In this document: positions 13,019 to 25,642 of the stretch, piece after piece
Layout: each line of letters opens with the position of its first letter
Numbering within the stretch: position 1 is the stretch's first letter
Assembly: GCF_006345805.1 (NCBI RefSeq)
Contig: NW_021833460.1
Span: 10,804 to 74,803, forward strand
Length of the DNA: 64,000 nt
Source: Octopus sinensis
Taxonomy: Eukaryota
Direction of reading: 5' to 3'
Program-made: the position numbers and the translations under genes
Notes under the pieces: generated by a model
What the model was told of the DNA's origin: nothing
Databases searched by the model: none
What the model saw: only the letters and a program-made list of their open reading frames with translations

Positions 13019-13492
13019 TGTTCATCCTTTGGAGACTTGTACGAAAGAAACCAAAATCTTAATGTACGGAAACAGGATTGGTTTCGAGCTTTGGCACAGA
13101 GCCATCAATTTTTTTGAATAGGGCGTGGAGGCTAAGTCGATCACATCGACCCCATCCCCAGTACGCACGTGAAATGAAGTGTTTTGCTCAAGAACACAAT
13201 GCGCAGCCTCTTTGAAAATCGAACCTACGATCTCACGATCGAGTGTGCAACACTGGGCCAGACTCCTGCACACACACACACATTCACACCCACGTACACA
13301 TGCGCGCACAACATGTATTGTTGCTTTATATGGTATAATACAATGAAAGAAGCCAGTTTCAGGCATACTGTTAATCGCAGTATTTCACTCCCGGTTTCGT
13401 TTCTTAGAAATATAAATTAGATATAATACCCAGCTACGTTGCCGTATATTAAGCTTTTGGGTTCTTCCGTACAAGTTTCCAGCGGATGAACA
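13019..13492. mobile_element. Element bounded by ~51-bp inverted repeats, containing SINE fragments
   Basis: tgttcatcctttggagacttgtacgaaagaaaccaaaatcttaatgtacgg (13019-13069) versus the reverse complement of 13442-13492. SINE C and D pieces lie at ~13085-13262. Confidence 0.6.
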
Positions 13493-13819
13493 CAAGCTAA
13501 AAACAGTAGTGAGATATCAAACATATGAACCTGATAGATTTTCTTCCCCGCTAACTTAAATCTAATATCTTAACTAGATTTCGAAACTACATCACAAACT
13601 TCGGGTTACTGTCTTCTCAACGATGCAGACATGCATATAATTGCATATGAGATAAGAGAGTTCAATACATACCGTAGAGAATACATTCTGTTCATAGAAG
13701 ATAAGTTTTATCTCGCATCAGAAGATTAGAAGTTTCGTGTTACTGAAATCTGCAGGCAGGAATTGAAGATCGCAGTCGTGCGATTCTACTTTGAATTTAA
13801 ACTAACGCCTTCTCCCAGC

Positions 13820-13870
<51 letters not shown>

Positions 13871-14223
13871 GAATACACACACACACGCTCTCTCTCTCTC
13901 TCTCTCTCTCGATATGCATTATCGTCTCTCTGTATGCTGAATTCCATGATTAAAGATGTGATTTTTCTCTATCCATATTTTTGTTGTCTAATACTTTGAA
14001 GTTCTCGAAATTTGTCTAAATGATATTTCGATCTCTTTCTCTTTCTCTTTTCCTTGTTTCAGTCATTTGACTATGGCCATGCTGGAGCACCGCCTAACTT
14101 GGATGTGCATTCCACTTCTATTTACTGGTGTTTGATTGCTTGAAATAGTTAACTAAATTAGTTTAAAACTAAGTGTTTTATTGTTATCTTCCTGGATATC
14201 TTAATTCCGGTGTTTTCTTCTGG

Positions 14224-14224
<1 letters not shown>

Positions 14225-14291
<67 letters not shown>

Positions 14292-14359
14292 ATCTACACA
14301 TACACACACACATGCACACACTCACGCACACAAACACACACACACGCGCACACACACAC

Positions 14360-14448
<89 letters not shown>

Positions 14449-14575
14449 GTGTGTGTATCTACACATACACACACACATGCACACACTCACGCACACAAAC
14501 ACACACACACGCGCACACACACACGTATATATATATATATATATATATATGTATTATATATATATATATATATAC
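14225..14575. repeat. Tandem duplication (~165 bp) of a TA/GT/CA compound microsatellite
   Basis: The block gtatctacacatacacacacacatgcacacactcacgcacacaaac occurs twice. Confidence 0.8.
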
Positions 14576-15109
14576 TTAATCAAAGGACATACTTAGTATG
14601 TTTACCTGCTGGAAATAACAGTCAAAACGCTTATTTCAGTCGCCAAAAATACACTTATAATAACTACAGAAATCAACCGTCCGGAGGTAAACGGGCAATG
14701 GCAATCTCTCAGCCTACATTGAAGTATTTGGAATCACGTGGACCGGTTTCTGGACTGGCATAATAGCCTCACCCCCACTCAACACGCGTTATCATGAGGA
14801 GATCCCCAACCCGTCGCGTTGAAGCCTGCGCTGCGACTGATTCGTTTTGCGCCGAATCCTGGCAGCCACCAGTATGAAAATAATTTTGATATGGCGCGAA
14901 TAATTCACGAGAAAAAATATTAATCCACGAGAAGTTATTTCTGAGGAGATCATTGACTCTATTATTATCTAGTGTAAGTTGTATATATGTATATATATAT
15001 ATATGTATTATAAATAGATGTGTGTATTTTTACCTTGTTAACAATTAACACGGAAAAAAAAAAATAAATAGTTACCAGGGCAGCAAAAATCCCACAAGTA
15101 AAGGTGTTG

Positions 15110-16140
15110 TAACACCTTGTTTATAAAGGTAGAAACTTCGTGTTTACGTGGAGTATTTTGAATAATATATGAATAAATAAATGGTGTTTAACGCAGGTGT
15201 AAATCAAATATTTTTACATTCGACACATGTTTCGAAAATTCCACTGATACTATTCAAAAGAATAAATGGTATAAACAATGCAATCTTCTCTTCAGGAAAG
15301 TGAAAAAAACGAAACTCGTCAATAAGACATTTTAGCAAAAAATGATGGATTTGTATAGCGATTGACAGAACGCTATTAATATTGTTTAAAAAAACGTTAT
15401 ATGACATAACGTCATAAGTAGCTAACAGAAAGAGTAGGGATACCAATAGTGAATGTTAAATATAAAGGAAATTAAAGTTTAAATTATATATAATGATAGA
15501 AACTACTTATATGCACTAAATGTGTGTTTTTGCCAATGCTTACATCTGTATGCTCGCTCTATAACCGTGTTTACTAGATTATTTTTAGAAAAAATAATGA
15601 AAAATAGCACAGAATTGCAGAGAAGACAGAATTCCTTGCTTTTGTCATAAGGTATCGAAATTGAGAGAATCAACCATTCTAAATGAAATTGTTCATTGTG
15701 GTCTTTTAAATCCCAAATCAGTTTGCTGAGACCGGTACTATTACGTTTATTTCTATCCCTAAATGTTGAGTAATGGATAGAAATTCTTGTAGATAATTCT
15801 AACAATGTGCTTCCAATGTAAAATCGTACTTTATTACGAGTACTGATTATACACCGGTATATAGAATTTTTAATCTTAGATTAACTTGACATAAACTTAA
15901 TTCTATTGGAATTGTCTTCAGATACAATAACCTTGTTATTAATATTTCTAGAGGGTTGGATGGTATTAGCTAAATTAATGTTAGTATTAGTAAATGTATT
16001 GATATTTAACAGTTTGTTATTATGTGAAGAGATAATTTGTAAGAGATTTTTTGTGTTTGAAAAACCTATCCTAACCTTATGTGAATTGATAATAGAGTAA
16101 TATCTAGAATTGTTTGGAAAATTCCTAGCAATAGCTTGAC
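15110..16140 (-). mobile_element. Penelope-like element remnant (RT/EN linker, C-terminal GIY-YIG endonuclease, 3' region with hammerhead)
   Basis: RNFPNNSRYYSIINSHKVRIGFSNTKNLLQIISSHNNKLL...KNSIYRC...RFYIGST...STGLSKLIWDLK...CLLC...CKH, stop at 15503; an in-frame stop or frameshift disrupts the linker. The 15110 boundary is uncertain. Confidence 0.85.
15216..15301 (-). ncRNA. Type I hammerhead ribozyme with extended helix II
   Basis: ACUUUC-CUGAAGA-GAAGAUU...AAUUUUC-GAA-ACAUGUGU-C-GAAUGU. Intact core, 7-bp helix II base, GUC site, helix I 5 of 6 paired. Confidence 0.8.
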
Positions 16141-17084
16141 GAAACAGTTTCCGTCCTACAATTTCTACTCACGTCGCATTGACCAACTAGAAGCAATGTT
16201 CAACGAGAAATACCTGCCCGTTGTGCGAAACATCACTTAACAAACCCAGATCTACGGTAACTGCAATACCAGTTTCTTAAACACATAACCGTAACTGCAT
16301 TCGTATTCGTTAAAATCCATTCTAACCAATACGGACGCTGCAATTCTATTTTTAACATTTGTAGACTTGACTGCGCTAGACTATTCAATTAGCAATTTTA
16401 TGTTTCTCGAGATATTCTATTCAGACTCGTTGTACATATTCCATAAACGATAGAAACAAAGTCGTTTCCTATTGCCAATCCTTTTAGGCTTGGATTAATT
16501 AAATTCCACCAAGCCTTCATAACATATTAGTATTTTCTTGGAAATCTAATTCTATTTGATATCGCTAACCAGAGACATTTCTTTTTATGCTTAATAATTT
16601 TCTCTTAACGTTTTTCGTCTGTTGCTCAAAGACAATTTCTTGAATTTCAAATTTGATCTCATAAGGGAAGCATTGTAATCGTAGTGACAGGTATTATTAA
16701 CAACATGGAATATTGGAATATTTGGGATACAAATTCTTCAACTATTGGAATATTCTGGATACAAGTTCTTCAAATAATCTTAAGCATTTTCTTTTCCTTT
16801 TTTTTTTTTTTTGACATAAACGATTTTGTTTGGAAAATTTATTAAAATTATAAAATAAATACGTTTCGGTCGGAAAAGGTATGTGCTCAATGACGATCAA
16901 ATTAGATGCAATTATAGCAGTATCGAAACTATTTATGAAGATGATCTGATTTAGTTTCTATTGCATCTTGGAAATGGGACACAGCCCATAGCCTTGTTAG
17001 ACAATCTTACAACGAAGGGTTTAGTGCAGTGAATGCCTATGACGAACCCTCGTGTATCACCGCCAGAAAAATAAGAGAAGCAAT

Positions 17085-17430
17085 TCAGGGGCCGATTAAT
17101 GTCCTAAGACGGATGAGCTGGGCGTGGGGATTAGTCCAAGGGCAAGAAGGGTTGGAGACAACAAGTGTTATGAAAGGACGAGAAACCTCGAGTTGGAGGA
17201 TAATGCATGAGTAAAGAGTGTATGAGTTCAGAAAGTTCTGAGCATCAGATTTCATTATAGTAACTGTAGAAAGACGGTGAGGGAAGACTGCAAGCCTCTG
17301 AGTATCTGTGAGAAGAATTTTATGCCAGGCAAATGGGTCTTTACTGGGTGACATCTAGGATGTTTGTACATTCTACAGTAGCTCCATCCCAGATTTGAGA
17401 GCAATATTTTGCTGCGGTTTATTGATTTCT
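17085..17430 (-). pseudogene. Decayed LINE (CR1/L2/Jockey-group) RT C-terminal fragment
   Basis: KYCSQIWDGATVECTNILDVTQ*RPICL...SFYSYYNEI*CSELSELI resembles the YCSxIW.GA...LLDxVQ.RA thumb region; several stops. Confidence 0.5.
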
Positions 17431-17850
17431 GATGAAGTAATTAAGAGAAAAAAAAATTATAAGCTATTAATGTGGTCGAAGCATACGACTTGTCGATTAA
17501 TCGATCCTGTAAAGTTTAGTGCGAAGTACAAATAATCCAAAATGGTTAGAATACATATAGAAATCGTTGGTATGAAAGTAAACAATATGAAAAGCCGATG
17601 TATGGGAGTATTTACAGCGGAATTGCAAGAAAAAGCATCGATATTGCTCTCAAGTCACATCCTACTGTCTTAAATGGAGAGGGATACTTCGGAAATGCCC
17701 CCTATCTTCAATGAAACAAAAGAACGAAACAACTAGAATACCTTCCGTCTCACTCACTAACTTTCTCTCTCTCTCACACACACACACGCATACACACACA
17801 TGCATACATACATATACATGCATATATAAGCATAGTCACACATATGTATG

Positions 17851-17990
<140 letters not shown>

Positions 17991-18499
17991 ACTATACATA
18001 CATTCGTATATATGCACATGTCAAGACACGTAGCTACATGTATGACAATATATTTATAAAACAAAATATGAATTTGCTCATACACTGGCTCCAAATACTG
18101 CATACATACGACAAGCATGGTAAATACCCCGTTTATGTTGAAATTCCCATGATGGAACCATGGTTAGAAACCGATTCTTCTCTATTGGGAAAATATCTTG
18201 AACTAAAACTGAATAACATTCATAGGTCTATTACTCATAGAGCGTGGGAGAGAGAGAGAGAGAGAGAGAGCGCGCGTGTGTGTGTGTACATGTGTATGAA
18301 TATCTTCATATGTTGCTGTGTGTGTAGGTGATCTTACAATACCTAAGACATCTAGTTACTACAATCGCAGAACATGCGTTTCAAGTGCATCTCTCCATAA
18401 TGTTCAAGTGATCGTCAGATGCATCTATACAGCAGCCATCTGACTAGTACAAGTGTGAAAATAACGTCGTAACGCTGACATTGTAATCGGCCTTTGGAG

Positions 18500-20219
18500 A
18501 GAGGCTGGAGATGGTGTTAGTGATGGCGATAAAAGTATTGGTAACTATTATTGCGGTAGTAGTGTCAGTGATTATGTTGGTGGTGGGGATTGTCATGTTA
18601 GTAGTGCTGTTGGAGGTCGTGTTGGTGTTAGAGTTAATGTTGGAGTCAGTATGGTGACAATGATTATTACAAAGTGTCTTTGTGGTAGTGGTAATGATGA
18701 AGGTGGAGATATTTGGGGTAAAGGTCGTGGTGGTGAAATGATGGCGGTGAAATGATCACGTTTGTAGTGGTGGCGGTGTCGATGGTAGAGATAGTTATAT
18801 GCGTAACTATGTTGGATATGGTATTGTTGGCATAGGTGCCGGTTTGATGGTGGTATTGGTGGTAGTGGTGGTGATGGTGTAGAAGTTGGCGGTGCTGCTC
18901 TTTGTGGCGGAGATAATGACGATGAGGTTTGTGCTAGCGGTAATGAGGAGGGTAGTGATAGGACTCATGGTGGTGATGGTTGTGGTGGATGCGGTGTCAG
19001 CAATGGTAGTGGTCGTGTTAAGAGCAGTAGTGGGAGTGATGGTTTAGTGGTGGTAGTGGTGGTAGCGGTGATGGAGCTGCTGCTGCTGGTTTCATTGATG
19101 CCTGTCACTGGTCTGATTTAATTCTTGAATACGAAGGAAAGGTATAATTACCATTGGAGGTGTTTCTGGGTGTTTGCTGGATGTTTGCCGGGTGCAACGC
19201 TTTGTAGAATGGAAGTTTTGCATTCGCTGTGGTCAATGATGTTCATACTGAAAGAGCGGCCATATCTGTCGTGCTTCGTTGCCAAGAGAAGCGTAATGAA
19301 GGACATAGTGAGAAAGGAATGCTTTGTAGGTTTAAGACTGTCAGATGCAACACCAACAGCATCGCCATTAACGACAAACATCATCAACCGGGGTGACATC
19401 GGCAACAGTACTATTACCAATAACAATAAACTTGTTATGAAACCCATAAATAGGCAATGTCATCGCTATGTTGACATCACCATCATCGACGCTATCAGCA
19501 GCGCAAGCTGTCTCCGGCATCGAGAGCTGCTGCCCGTCACCAGCACCGAAGGCCGGTCCCAACCCCGCAACCTTCCTCGGCACTGCAGTCTCCCTCCCCC
19601 AAAACCTCGGCTACACTGCAAACCAGTAACATTTATACTAATACTTTTATCATCGCCGCCGTCAGCCTGTCCATTGCTACCACCAGCGCTACCTCCACAT
19701 CAACATAGTTACTACCACCGTCGTTACCACAATATATACCACCGTTACTGCCTCTACCACTACCACAAATATCACCACCATGATATCCACCACTTGTAAA
19801 ACAACCAAAACCAATACCACCGGCGCCACCACCATTACTGCCACTGTCACCTTCACCACTACAGCCAACATATATTACCAATACCACCACCACAACCACT
19901 ACCACAACCATCACAGCAACCACCACTACCATCGCTATTATGAGCATTACGACCACAACCACAAATACCACCACGCTCACTATAACGAACCACCACCGCA
20001 AACACCACGACGACTACCACTACCACCCGTCCACAACACCACCACAACTGCTACCACCTCCACTGCCGCCGCTACCTTTCTCAGTGCCATCTCAAACGTG
20101 TTGGATTCCAATTAAGACGGCAACAAATGAATAATGAGTTTGATTCTTAATTACGATCTCAGCAAGGAAATCAAGCAGAACAACTTCACAACGCATAGCA
20201 CCAGGTCGCTACCACCACC

Positions 20220-20294
<75 letters not shown>

Positions 20295-20295
20295 G

Positions 20296-20334
<39 letters not shown>

Positions 20335-20335
20335 T

Positions 20336-20366
<31 letters not shown>

Positions 20367-20720
20367 GCTACTACTACTGCTGCAGCTGTTCCTGCGGCTA
20401 CTGCTGCTCCTATATCTACTGCTACATGTATCCAACTGCTACTACTACTACTAATACTACTGCTGCTGCTGCTACTACTACGACTAATACTACTACTGTT
20501 GCTGCTACTACTACTACTAATACTACTGCTGCTGCTACTACTACTACTACTGCTGCTGATGCTGTTACTGCTGCTGCTGCCACTACCACTACTACTACAA
20601 CGATAACTGCTACTACTACTCTGTGACCGCTATGTTGCTACCACCACCCCTACTACTATTACCACTACTTCTAATGCAGCTACCGTTACTACAACTACTA
20701 CTATTACAACAGCTATGCCA
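18500..20720. repeat. Cryptic trinucleotide region (GGT/GTA-rich, then ACC/CAT-rich, then CTA/CTG arrays)
   Basis: Direct reading; the poly-V/T/L/S ORFs are artefacts. Confidence 0.9.
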
Positions 20721-21192
20721 CCACAACCACTACTACCGCTGCTGATGCTCATGTTGAGTGTCTACATGGTCCAATGATCTGCTAGAAACACTGCTGAAAC
20801 TCTTACTTATTTGTTAAACAACACGTTGTATAATGTAGACCAGTGGGGCGTTCGCTTCTCCAACAATCCGTTTTACTACCATGTCTCCAAAATTGAACCT
20901 GTTCGTTAATTTCGAAATGGTTACAGTAATTGTGAGAATAGCACAAATTGTTGAATACCGAAGTAAATGTCTTCATTAGTTTAATTCTCGATGTATATTT
21001 TGCCCACACTTTCTGTATATTTTGCCCACAATTTACGTATCCTATTCGCGCCATAGTTGAATTTCTTTGTCCTTCTGATAGCGATGAAGTAAATATCAAA
21101 TATGTATTGGTATTGATTCTTTTTGATGAATATAGAAATCTATCCAAATAAATAACGTCAATGAAAATTATCATTACGAAAAATTATTATTA

Positions 21193-21728
21193 TTGAGTGA
21201 GAGAGCAGTGCATGCCATCAAAGTGACACTGGGGTAAAATATACGAAGCCCAGTATACCCATCATGACTACCCGTCTGATAAGGGTACACTAGGCACATG
21301 CATCACAACCATATGTGCGCGACAAGGTGATCTCATATCAAGACAAACAGCACATGACCTTACAGGTGGGGCCCAGTTAGAATTTTCTTCTAAACGAGTA
21401 ACCTATCCCGCTCAAACGGTCCCTGAATAAGGGTTGTTTAAAGACGTTGAACAAACCACGCATGCTTCCAGAGGTGAATCATTCAAACCCCACAGAATCC
21501 CTCTCAACACATGGCTATCATGCTCCCCCAATACTTCTGTTCGTTATCAGAGATGCACATATCATCAGCCACTAAGGGATATGCTCGACGGAAAAGGTCA
21601 AGCAACTGACAAGCAAATCTGTGGCAGTACCAGGCAGTGGCTCTCAGGGCTTCTGATCTTAACTGATTGGCAGTGTTATCATGTATATTGTTTTGTCTTG
21701 GTATAAAAGATGGGATACAGCAAATATT
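21193..21728 (-). mobile_element. (TAA)n-associated non-coding retroposon, copy A (5'-inverted)
   Basis: Constant end ttgagtgagagagcagtg next to (ATT)n; 21624-21728 is inverted relative to copy C. Confidence 0.85.
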
Positions 21729-21738
21729 ATTATTATTA

Positions 21739-22275
21739 TTGAGTGAGAGAGCAGTGTATGCCATCAAAGTGACACTGGGGTAAAATATACGAAGCCCAAT
21801 ATACCCATCATGACTACCCGTCTGATAAGGGTACACCAGGCACATGCATCACAACCATATGTGCGCGACAAGGTGATCTCATATCAAGACAAACAGCACA
21901 TGACCTTACAGGTGGGGGCCCAGTTAGAATTTTCTTCTAAACGAGTAACCTATCCCGCTCAAACGGTCCCTGAATAAGGGTTGTTTAAAGACGTTGAACA
22001 AACCACGCATGCTTCCAGAGGTGAATTATTCAAACCCCACAGAATCCCTCTCAACACATGGCTATCATGCTCCCCCAATACTTCTGTTCGTTATCAGAGA
22101 TGCACATATCATCAGCCACTAAGGGATATGCTCGACGGAAAAGGTCAAGCAACTGACAAGCAAATCTGTGGCAGTACCAGGCAGTGGCTCTCAGGGCTTC
22201 TGATCTTAACTGATTGGCAGTGTTATCATGTATATTGTTTTGTCTTGGTATAAAAGATGGGATACAGCAAATATT
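21739..22275 (-). mobile_element. (TAA)n-associated retroposon, copy B (C/A recombinant, 5'-inverted)
   Basis: Offset about 547 bp from copy A and nearly identical to it; carries the same inversion at 22171-22275. Confidence 0.85.
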
Positions 22276-22285
22276 ATTATTATTA

Positions 22286-22843
22286 TTGAGTGAGAGAGCA
22301 GTGTATGCCATCAAAGTGACACTGGGGTAAAATATACGAAGCCCAATATACCCATCATGACTACCCGTCTGATAAGGGTACACCAGGCACATGCATCACA
22401 ACCATATGTGCGCGACATGGTGATCTCATATCAAGATAAACAGCACATGACCTTGCAGGTGGGGCCCAGTTAGAATTTTCTTCAGGTTGAGTAGCCCATC
22501 CCGCTCAAAAGGTCCCTGAATAAGGGTTGTTTAAGGATGTTGAAAGAACCACCCATGTTTCCAGAGGTGAATTATTAAAACCCCACAGAATACCTCTCAA
22601 CACATGGCTATGATGCTCCCCCACTACTTCTGCTCGTGATCAGAGATGCACATATCGTCAGCCACTAAGGGACATGCTCAACTGGTTAAGGTCAAACAAC
22701 TGACAAGCAAATCTGTGGTATTGAGCAGAATATTTGCTGTAGCCCATCTTTTATACCAAGACAAAACAATGTACATGATAACACTTCCAATCAGTTATGA
22801 TCAGAAGCCATGAGAGCCACTGCCTGGTACTGCATCAGGGCAT
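22286..22843 (-). mobile_element. (TAA)n-associated retroposon, copy C (full length, ~558 bp)
   Basis: Flanked by (ATT)n on both sides; minus-strand 5' end gccctgatgcagtacc, 3' end ctctctcactc(aat)n. Confidence 0.88.
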
Positions 22844-22868
22844 TTATTATTATTATTATATATTATTA

Positions 22869-22912
<44 letters not shown>

Positions 22913-22917
22913 TATTA

Positions 22918-25642
22918 TCATTCAGTAGTTTTATTTTTATAGCGTGCTTTTACTTCACTACCGAGCGCAGCTCTGTGTGCCTTGGGTATGTGATGTGATT
23001 TGTTGTGATGCTCTGATGGTTATTGTATGGAAAATGTTCTGCGTAGGATGTGTGCAGTGCCTAGTAGTGCAATTTTCTGTATGTTATATGTGTTGTAAGT
23101 CCTGATGTTTTTATGTATTTGTCTGAATATTTTTTATCATGCCTATGATAGGAATTTGTCTGTTTTCAGATTCCACATTCTAGTTACCTCTATTTCCAAG
23201 TCTTTGTATTTTGAGAGTTTCTCCATTTCTTTTAGAGACACGTTGTCATCTGTCGGTATTGATACATCAATTAGAAAGCATTTTTTTCTTGATGATCTCT
23301 GACAACTATATCTGGTCTTTTGGCCTTAATTTCTCTATCTGTGTGTATCGGCATATCCCAGAGTATGGTTGCTTTCTCGTTTTCTGTGACCTTTTCTGGT
23401 GTGTGCCTATACAATCTTTTTTCTGTTGTTATTCCATAATGTTGGCATAGCTTCCAATGTATGTAGGTTCCAACTCTGTCATGTCTGTGATATATTCCTT
23501 CTTAGCCAGGACTGGGCAGCTAGAGATAATATGATTTATTGTTTCTTGTCCATCTCCACATATTCTGCAGTTACTTGTAATATTTCTTTTCATTACATGC
23601 TTTTGGTAATTTCTGGTGGGGAGGCTTTGATCTTGTGCTGCAATTAAAAATCCCTCTGTTTCTGCTTTGAGTCCTGAGCTTCTCAACCATTGCTGGGATT
23701 TTTCTTTGTCTATTTCTTTTGCGTTTAGTTTAGTCCAGTATTTACCATGAAGGGGCTTTTCTTGCCATCGTTTTATCATGGTTCGTTGCTGTTCTATTTT
23801 TAGTTTGGATTTCATTTGTTTTATAGCTTTTGTTGTTTCTTCATCTTCTTTCTTCTTCTTCTTCTTCGTGTTTATTTGGTGGTATGATTTCTTGTTTGTA
23901 TTTGTCAGCTTCCTTAAATACTAGAACATTTTTTGTTTTGCTCGTGTTTTGCCGCTATCTGGATCAGTTTTCCTTCCTTTTGAAGTAGATATTTTTGCAG
24001 TCCTATGGTGGTTATTTTATAGTAGTTTTCCAGCTGTATAAGGCCTCTGCCACCTTCTATACGTTGTATATATAGTCTTTCTATGTCAGATTTTGTGTGA
24101 TGCATCCTAGATCCTGTCATTATTTTTCTTGTTTTCCTATCTATTTTGGTCAGTTCATTTCGTGTCCAATTAAGGATATTGTAGCTGTAACTTATAACTG
24201 GGACAGCTAAAGTGTTGATACCTATTATCTTGTTTTCAGCATTGAGCTCTGTTTTTAGTATTGATCTAACTCGTCTATAATATTCTTTTTTTATTTTCTC
24301 TTTCATTTGTGTGTTGTGTCTTATCTAGTTCATGGATTCCTAAGTATTTGTAAGTTTGGCTTTGGTCTAATTCTTTTATTTCATTGGTTTTATATAGTGT
24401 GATGTTGTTACTCTTAACTAGTTTTCCTCTTTTCATGGTTACTTTGGCGCATTTTTCTAATCCAAATATCATATCTATTTCTTTGGTAAATCCATGAACT
24501 GTCTTTAATAGTGTTTCCAGCTGTTTGTCATTTGCAGCGTATAGTTTTAGGTCATCCATATATAACAGGTGGCTGATCGTTTTGCCGTAACATTTATATC
24601 CGCATCCGGTTCTATTTAGTATATCAGATAGAGGTGACAGTGCCAGCAGAAAAGGAGTGGAGAGAGCGTATCTCCCTGGAATATTCCTCTTCTAATGGGG
24701 ATGTCTTTGGTTTTCATGAGTCCCTCTTTTGTTTGGAGGTATAGGACTGTTTGCCATTTATTCATAGAGTGCTCTATGAATTTTATGATTGTTGGTGCTA
24801 CTTTGTTAATGGCTAGTGTTTCGAGGATCCATGTGTGGGGGATGCTATCAAACGCCTTTTTGTAGTCAATCCAGGCCACACTGAGGCCTTTCTTCTTTCT
24901 GTGGCTGTCTTCAGTTACGGCTTAATTAATCATTAGTTGATCTTTACAGCCATATGAGCCTTTGCGGCATCCTTTCTGCTCTTCTGGGAACAGTTTGTTT
25001 TCGTCCAGGTGCTTGTTCAGCCTTTGCTATATCACTGCAGTAAATGCCTTGAACATAGTAGGGAGGCAGGTTATTGGTCTGTAGTTTTCTGGTTTTTCTG
25101 TTTCATTTGATTTGGGAATTAAGATGGTTTTCCCCTTCGTGAGCCATTCAGGCATTGTCTCTGGCTCTGCTAGTATGTTGTTAAAGTTTTCAGCCAGCTT
25201 TTTGTGCATTCCTGTTAGATATTTCAACCAGAAGTTGGGGATCTTGTCATGCCCAGGTGCCTTCCAGTTGCTTAGTCTTTGCAGTGCCTGGGTGACCTCT
25301 TCAGTTGTTATGGGTGTCTAAAGTTGTTCAGATGCCGAGTTTGTTATTTTGATACTCCTTTTTTTTGGTTCTTCGTTCGCCGACCATATTTCTCCCCAGA
25401 ATTCTTCCAATTCTTCTGCCGTTGGTGCTGCAGTGACTTCTATTTTATTTTTGCCCAGTTCTTGGTAGAACTTTTTGGGGTTGGAGTTGAACATTTTGTT
25501 TTGTTCAAAGAAGCGTTGGCGTTTCTCGTACCGGTGGATCCTTTGTGCTTTGGCAAGGATATCTTGCTTCAGCTTTTCTTTTATCTCAGGCAAATCTTTC
25601 TCTGTGATGTTATATTTGCGGAGTATTTTTGTTCTCTTTTTG

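Noticed and set aside
15503-15870. Assignment of the PLE to the Naiad/Chlamys group or a selenoprotein
   Set aside because: Those have N-terminal endonucleases and lack canonical hammerheads. Here the endonuclease is C-terminal, and the linker stop is TAA, not TGA.
19125-19799. 224-aa plus-strand ORF
   Set aside because: Lies largely in cryptic ACC/CAT repeats, has no recognisable motif, and several overlapping frames are also open.
22600-22665. CUGACGA in the 558-bp element as a hammerhead core
   Set aside because: The downstream stem is followed by GCCA rather than GAAA, and there is no helix III or NUH site.
22730-22843. HDV-like ribozyme at the 5' end of the 558-bp element
   Set aside because: GCCCUGA can pair with UCA(G/U)GGC, but I could not build P1.1, P2 and the J4/2 catalytic C in the required order.
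21184-22843. CRISPR-like or satellite array
   Set aside because: The units are ~550-bp dispersed retroposon copies separated by ATT tracts, not repeat-spacer units; eukaryotic context with no cas genes.
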